A stretch of 64,000 nt of DNA from Nanobdellota archaeon (GTDB lineage Archaea > Nanobdellota > Nanobdellia > Woesearchaeales > UBA583): assembly GCA_048625195.1 (NCBI GenBank), contig JBMCRE010000001.1, forward strand, positions 5,396 through 69,395, given 5' to 3'. Shown piece after piece: positions 58,678 to 64,000 of this stretch. Both the position numbers and the translations under genes were made by a program. How positions within the stretch are numbered: position 1 is the first letter of the stretch; every line of letters starts with the position of its first letter. The notes beneath the pieces were generated by a model. The model saw only the letters and a program-made list of their open reading frames with translations, was not told the DNA's origin and made no database searches.

Positions 58678-60219
58678 TTATTTTTTAGATTCAATAATAT
58701 AATTTTCTTCAAGTTCTTTGCTAAAATTTAAATTACCTGTTCCTGAAGGTAGTATGTATGCATAAATATTATCAATATCTATTCGTAAACCATTATCTAA
58801 TCTAAACATTAAAGCAGGTCCAATTAAACTATTAATATATTTAGAAAAACGATTAACAATAACTGAATCATATTTAATTCCTGCATATAAATTAAGTTCT
58901 TCAATTGCTTTTTTAACAGGCATTTTTTCATACCCTGAATAATAATTACCATAAACCATATGTTCAAAAGATTCACAAATTCTAATTATCCTTGATAAAC
59001 TTGGAATCTGTTTTTTAGAAATTCTAGGATATCCTAAACCATTCCAATCGCAGTGATGATGCAAAACAATATTTGAGCATCCAGCAAGCCATGGAGATTT
59101 TGATATTATATCATTAGCTGTGTTTGGATGTTGTTGAATTTTGTACAAATCTTTTGTACTAAGATTAGTTTTTTGAAGCATATCTTTTGTAATTTGTAAA
59201 CTTGCATAACCAATATCCTTATACATTATTGATTTAAAAAGTAAATCTTTATCTGTTGGTGCTAAATCTATTTTATGGGCAAAATCCATTGCAATTTTTA
59301 TCAACCTTTTATTATGATGCCACATTTGAGGTACTTTCTTGTATATAGATTTTTTATAAAATTGAAGAAATTTATTTAATATGTTTGAATGATTTATTGA
59401 TTTATTTTTATAAAGTTTAAATTCTGCTCTCATGATAACAGAATCAGAATTCTCAAAAGATGTTTCTTGCATATCATATCCCAAAGATACACTCAGAGGA
59501 TAATTTATTTTTGAAGATGTTTTTTTTATAATTTTTGAAATTTCTTGACATTTATCTTCAAGAGTTTTTTTTGTGGGTTTTCTTACAAGAGCTATGAACT
59601 CATCAGCTTTTTCTCCTCTTCGACCTACATAATCGCTTTTCCTAAAAGAGTTTTTCATTATTTCTGCAAAAAGTTTTATTAGATAATCACCAAATGAATG
59701 ACTAAAAACATCGTTAGCAAGTTTCAAATAATCAATATCTGCAAATATAATACCAAACTTTTCGTTTCTAAGATTTTCTAAATGAAAAATTTGCTCATTA
59801 ATATATTTCATATTATATAATCCTGTAAAAGAATCGTTTAAACCTTTGTATTTTGATATATCATTTACAATAATTAAAACACCAGTTGGCTCATTTTTTT
59901 CATCTTTGATAAGTTTTCCTGATACTTCCTGAACTTTAGGATTTTTAATATCAAAATTATTGATATGCTCAATTGTAATTGGAACATCTGATCTTTTAAC
60001 ATCTTTTATAACACAATCACAAACTTCATCAAATGGTTTAAAGCAACTTAATTCTATACCTTCACGTCTTTCATTAGTATAGATAATTTCACCTGTTTCA
60101 TGATTAAGAAAATAAAAAATATTTGGAAAATTATCTAATAAATTTCTTAATTGATTAAGTTCATCAGATGTATTTTTAAGTTTCTGTTCAAGATTATTAA
60201 ATATGTTATTTTTATCCAA
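58678..60219 (-). CDS. PAS + degenerate GGDEF + degenerate HD-GYP signalling protein
   Basis: PAS-like LLDNFP..GEIIYTN; DSFTGLYN, DIDYLKLAND.FSHSFGD, RRGEKADEF; YKDIG, QQHP, HHHCDWNGLGYP, GIKYD; TTG start. Confidence 0.88.
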   Translation of the reverse strand: MDKNNIFNNLEQKLKNTSDELNQLRNLLDNFPNIFYFLNHETGEIIYTNERREGIELSCFKPFDEVCDCVIKDVKRSDVPITIEHINNFDIKNPKVQEVSGKLIKDEKNEPTGVLIIVNDISKYKGLNDSFTGLYNMKYINEQIFHLENLRNEKFGIIFADIDYLKLANDVFSHSFGDYLIKLFAEIMKNSFRKSDYVGRRGEKADEFIALVRKPTKKTLEDKCQEISKIIKKTSSKINYPLSVSLGYDMQETSFENSDSVIMRAEFKLYKNKSINHSNILNKFLQFYKKSIYKKVPQMWHHNKRLIKIAMDFAHKIDLAPTDKDLLFKSIMYKDIGYASLQITKDMLQKTNLSTKDLYKIQQHPNTANDIISKSPWLAGCSNIVLHHHCDWNGLGYPRISKKQIPSLSRIIRICESFEHMVYGNYYSGYEKMPVKKAIEELNLYAGIKYDSVIVNRFSKYINSLIGPALMFRLDNGLRIDIDNIYAYILPSGTGNLNFSKELEENYIIESKK

Positions 60220-60271
60220 TTTTAACTTCTAAGTGTTTTTTATTATTCATAAGGTTTTTTGTTTTAAAAAT

Positions 60272-60376
60272 AATAACTTTGAAAATTCAATAATTTTATA
60301 AAGTATTTTTAAAAAGCTTAAATTTTAAGATTTAATAGATTTCGTATTATAAAATTAATATTTTTTTGAAACTTTG
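60272..60376. mobile_element. Decayed copy of the adjacent MITE
   Basis: Aligns end to end with 60385-60491 (AACTTTGAAAA, TCAATA, AAAGCTTAAATTT, ATAGATT) but its termini are mutated. Confidence 0.6.
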
Positions 60377-60384
60377 AATGTATA

Positions 60385-60491
60385 GAGAACTTTGAAAAAC
60401 TCAATAGTTTTTAATAAATATCTTTGGAAAGCTTAAATTTAAAGGTTTCATAGATTCGAATTTATTAAATCAGTACTTTTTCAAAGTTCTC
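60385..60491. mobile_element. MITE-like element (about 107 bp) with perfect terminal inverted repeats
   Basis: GAGAACTTTGAAAAA (60385-60399) and TTTTTCAAAGTTCTC (60477-60491), flanked by TATA on both sides (19-bp perfect IR in total); no ORF. Confidence 0.75.
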
Positions 60492-60895
60492 TATATTAAA
60501 ATAGGTTCAAAATTAATAAAAATCTTTGTATTTTAAATATTAAAGTTCATTATAATAATATTGACTTTTTTAATGAAGATAAAGTTTTGTTTCTAAATTA
60601 AAGATAATAATACAATTAACTAGAAAAAAATTTAATAAATTAATTAAATAATGATGACATTAATGACTTATTTAGAAAATTAGAAGTAATTCATAATCAA
60701 GATGAAAATTATAAAGAAACATTAGAACAAGTATCTTGGAATAAATTATTAGATTTTAATGAAGAATATAATACAAAAAGCTGGTATTCTTTTAAATAAA
60801 ATTATTATTTTATATTTTTGTTTATTTTATTTCATTTTATTTTATTTTTTAAAATTAATAGAAATCTTTTTAAATTCAAACTACTAATTTTATAT

Positions 60896-61309
60896 ATGGT
60901 TGAAGAAACATTATTTGAAAAAATTATAAAAGGTGAAATTCCTTCATATAAAATTTATGAAGATGAAAAACATTATGCGTTTTTAGATATTTCTCCTTTT
61001 GAAAAAGGTCATACATTAGTTGTGCCTAAGAAACCTTATAAGACTATTTTTGATATGCCTCAAAGTGAATATTTAGAGTTAATGAAAGTTGTATATAAAA
61101 TCTCACTTCATTACGAAAAAGTATTAGGTTGTGGTATAAATATTTGGAATAATAATAAAAATATCGCTAATCAACTTATATATCATGTTCATGTGCATAT
61201 TATTCCAAGACTTGAGAATAAGGCTGCATATGCACTAGAAAATGGAACAAAATATGGTAATGAAAAAGAGGCGAAAAATACTGCTTTAAAACTTGCTTTA
61301 AAGGAATAG
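60896..61309 (+). CDS. HIT family nucleotide hydrolase
   Basis: LFEKIIKGEIPSYKIYED, AFLDISP..GHTLVVPK, HVHVHIIPR; start moved to ATG 60896. Confidence 0.94.
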   Translation: MVEETLFEKIIKGEIPSYKIYEDEKHYAFLDISPFEKGHTLVVPKKPYKTIFDMPQSEYLELMKVVYKISLHYEKVLGCGINIWNNNKNIANQLIYHVHVHIIPRLENKAAYALENGTKYGNEKEAKNTALKLALKE

Positions 61310-61312
61310 AAA

Positions 61313-61636
61313 ATGGTAGAATTTTGTAAAAATTGTGATGCGATAATTATAGGAAAAAAAGGAGAAGAAGTTAAATGTAGTGCTTGTGGAGAAGTTCAAA
61401 AAACTCAAAGTTCATTATCTTTAAATATAAAAGTTGAACCTAAAAAACAAGAAAAAGAGGTTTTAGATAAAAATACATCTGAGGGGGAAATTCATCCAGT
61501 TATTCAGGCAGAATGTCCAAAATGTCATTTTAAAGAAGCTTATTATTGGACAAAACAAACAAGAGCTGGTGACGAACCAGAAACTATGTTTTTTAAATGT
61601 GTAAAATGTAAACATCAATGGAGAGAATATAGATAA
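61313..61636 (+). CDS. tfs: Transcription factor S (TFS / RpoM family)
   Basis: FCKNC...CSACG; CPKC...QTRAGDEPETMFFKCVKCKHQWRE with the DE hairpin. Confidence 0.93.
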   Translation: MVEFCKNCDAIIIGKKGEEVKCSACGEVQKTQSSLSLNIKVEPKKQEKEVLDKNTSEGEIHPVIQAECPKCHFKEAYYWTKQTRAGDEPETMFFKCVKCKHQWREYR

Positions 61637-61665
61637 TATTTAATATTCTTTGAAATTGTCAAATA

Positions 61666-61902
61666 TTAATAATATTTAAATAATAATATACAAATAATTG
61701 ATATAAATATAAATAAAATTCCTTGAATATAGAATCTGTCATAAAATAAAAACATTGAAGTTAAAATAAAAATAAGAGATGCTGCTAAACAAAGATATTT
61801 AAACAATTTATATAAGTAATTAAAAATTATTTTTTCAAAAGGTGTTGATGATAAATCTTTATTCTCATCTTTAATTAATTCAAGCATTGTTTTTTTTGTC
61901 AT
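61666..61902 (-). CDS. Small membrane protein (2 TM)
   Basis: Two C-terminal hydrophobic helices. Confidence 0.55.
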   Translation of the reverse strand: MTKKTMLELIKDENKDLSSTPFEKIIFNYLYKLFKYLCLAASLIFILTSMFLFYDRFYIQGILFIFISIICILLFKYY

Positions 61903-62006
61903 ATATTTTAATTAGAAAATTATGTTAATAAACTTTTGCGTTTTTGTTGTATTTTGAGATAAATTTTAAAATATTGAAAAATATTTTTGTGTTAATATTT
62001 TTCTAA

Positions 62007-63878
62007 CTATTTTTTCTTATTGTTCTTTTTATCTTCTTTATCTTTTTCTTTTGCTTGAGTATCTACTACTTCTTCTTCTTTATTCTTATTGTCTGATTTT
62101 GTTTCTTTTGTTTGATTTGCTTGGTCTTCTTGAGCTTGTTTTTGATACATTTCTACAAAAATTTCTTGAGCTTTTTTATTTATCTCATCCATTTTTGTCT
62201 TAATTTTTTCTACATCTCTTTTTTCTGCTTTAAGCATTTCTTCAAGCTCTTTAATTAAATCCATAACTGGACTTACTTTTTTTTGATCAACTTTATCTTT
62301 ATTTTCTTCTAAAGTTTTTTTAGTTTGATATACTATTTGTTCTGCTTGATTTACTGTTTCAATTTCTTCTTTTCTTTTTTTATCTTCATCAGCATTTTTC
62401 TCAGCTTCTTCTTGCATTCTTTTAATTTCTTCTTCAGATAAATTAGATGTTGCAACTATTTTAATTGACTGTTCTTTTCCTGTTCCTTTGTCTTTTGCAG
62501 ATACATTTACAATTCCATTTGCATCTATATCAAAAGTAACTTCTATTTGTGGCACCCCTCTTGGAGCAGGAGGAATTCCTGTTAAATCGAATCTTCCTAT
62601 TTCTTTGTTATCATTAAACATTGCTCTTTCTCCTTGACCAATTCTAATTGTTACAGCATTTTGATTATCTTGAGCAGTTGAAAATACTTGTGATTTTTTA
62701 CTTGGAATTGTTGTATTTTTATCAATTAATTTTGTAAATACTCCTCCTAGAGTTTCAATACCTAAAGATAGAGGTGTTACATCTAATAATAAAACGTCTT
62801 TAACATCTCCTGCTAAAATACCTCCTTGAATTGATGCTCCCATAGCAACTGCTTCATCTGGGTTTACTGATTTATCAGGGTCTTTGTTTGTAATGCTTTT
62901 AACCATATCTTGAACTGCTGGTATTCTTGTAGAACCACCTACTAATATGATTTTATTAATTTCTGATTCTTTTAATTTAGAATCTTTTATTGCTTGATTA
63001 GTTGTTTTTCTTAATTTTTCTAATATATCATCAATTAATTCATTAAATTTCGCTCGTGTGATTTTCATATCTAAGTGTTTAGGACCATTAGCATCTGCTG
63101 TAATAAATGGTTCTGAAATTTGAGTTTCAAGTCTTGAAGATAATTCTATTTTTGCTTTTTCTGCTGCATTTTTTACTCTTTGAGCAGATTGTGCATCATT
63201 TCTTAGATCTATACCATGTTCTGATTTAAATTCTTTTGCAATATAATCAATTAATAGTTTATCAATATTATCTCCACCTAAATGATTATCTCCTGATGTA
63301 GATTTTACTTCAAAAACACCATCATCTAATTCTAAAATTGAAACATCAAATGTTCCTCCACCAAAATCAAAAACAAGTACATTTTGTGTTTCTTCTTTTG
63401 CAATTCCATAGGCAAGTGATGCAGCAGTTGGTTCGTTAATAATTCTTTCAACTTCAAATCCTGCAATTTTACCTGCATCTTTAGTTGCTTGTCTTTGAGC
63501 ATCGCTAAAATATGCTGGAACTGTAATTACTGCTTTTTTAACTTCTTGTCCTAAATAACTTTCTGCATCTTTTTTTAATTTTTGTAAAATAATTGCTGAA
63601 ATCTCTTGAGGTGTATATTCTTTATTATGAATTTTTACCTTATAATCTTCACCCATATGAGTTTTAATTGATGCAACTGTTTCATTTGGTTTTACAATTG
63701 CTTGTTTTTTTGCAGGTTCTCCTACAATTCTTTCTCCTGACGCATTAATATGAACTACTGAAGGTGTAGTTCTTGTACCTTCACTATTTGGAATTACAGT
63801 TGAAGTACCGTTTTCCATAATAGACATACATGAATTTGTAGTTCCTAAATCTATTCCTAAAATTTTTTCTTTTCCCAT
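62007..63878 (-). CDS. dnaK: Molecular chaperone DnaK (Hsp70)
   Basis: [58 protein letters not shown]. Confidence 0.98.
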   Translation of the reverse strand: MGKEKILGIDLGTTNSCMSIMENGTSTVIPNSEGTRTTPSVVHINASGERIVGEPAKKQAIVKPNETVASIKTHMGEDYKVKIHNKEYTPQEISAIILQKLKKDAESYLGQEVKKAVITVPAYFSDAQRQATKDAGKIAGFEVERIINEPTAASLAYGIAKEETQNVLVFDFGGGTFDVSILELDDGVFEVKSTSGDNHLGGDNIDKLLIDYIAKEFKSEHGIDLRNDAQSAQRVKNAAEKAKIELSSRLETQISEPFITADANGPKHLDMKITRAKFNELIDDILEKLRKTTNQAIKDSKLKESEINKIILVGGSTRIPAVQDMVKSITNKDPDKSVNPDEAVAMGASIQGGILAGDVKDVLLLDVTPLSLGIETLGGVFTKLIDKNTTIPSKKSQVFSTAQDNQNAVTIRIGQGERAMFNDNKEIGRFDLTGIPPAPRGVPQIEVTFDIDANGIVNVSAKDKGTGKEQSIKIVATSNLSEEEIKRMQEEAEKNADEDKKRKEEIETVNQAEQIVYQTKKTLEENKDKVDQKKVSPVMDLIKELEEMLKAEKRDVEKIKTKMDEINKKAQEIFVEMYQKQAQEDQANQTKETKSDNKNKEEEVVDTQAKEKDKEDKKNNKKK

Positions 63879-64000
63879 TTTTCTTATTTTTTTTTATATT
63901 TTAAGTTTTTGATAAAAATATTAGTGTTTATTTATTTATAAAGTTTTTGATTTTTTACTTTACACTAAATAATTCATATAAAATAAGGATTTGATAAATT

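Noticed and set aside
54778..60219. Provirus or defence island
   Set aside because: No capsid, terminase, integrase or recognisable defence genes; only repair and signalling genes.
1..64000. Alternative genetic code suggested by extreme AT content
   Set aside because: Conserved genes are full length in code 11, and TGA ends ABCE1 and hisS at their expected C-termini.

Overview
Extremely AT-rich archaeal chromosome segment, read with genetic code 11. It is most consistent with a DPANN archaeon (Woesearchaeota/Pacearchaeota-like); this assignment is inferred from gene content, not computed. The archaeal informational core comprises S13-S4-S11-RpoD-L13-S9-S27e, L44e-ABCE1, L15e-S8e, Elp3, Dph5, Rpp29, TFS, HisRS, an NFACT/Rqc2 N-terminal protein, tRNA-Leu(CAA), a histone-fold doublet and DnaK. 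It is interspersed with several class III (pilin/archaellin-type) signal-peptide proteins, an archaeosortase, and many bacterial-type genes: a short AlaRS, CoaE-like kinase, DEAD-box helicase, NAD-dependent LigA, PolX-PHP, a PAS-GGDEF-HD-GYP protein and a TsoY-like protein. Most notable observations: (1) RNase HI fused to a C-terminal domain resembling the plant-organellar Whirly ssDNA-binding fold; (2) a four-gene block of unrecognised exported proteins including two divergently transcribed paralogs; (3) an archaellin-like gene frameshifted at an A6 tract; (4) a 56-bp higher-order repeat built from 8-bp monomers; (5) a MITE with perfect terminal inverted repeats next to a decayed copy; (6) a candidate eL15 leader RNA; (7) a [NiFe]-hydrogenase large subunit without adjacent partner genes; (8) several small ORFs missed by the ORF track. 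All family calls come from motif recognition by eye; no searches were run.
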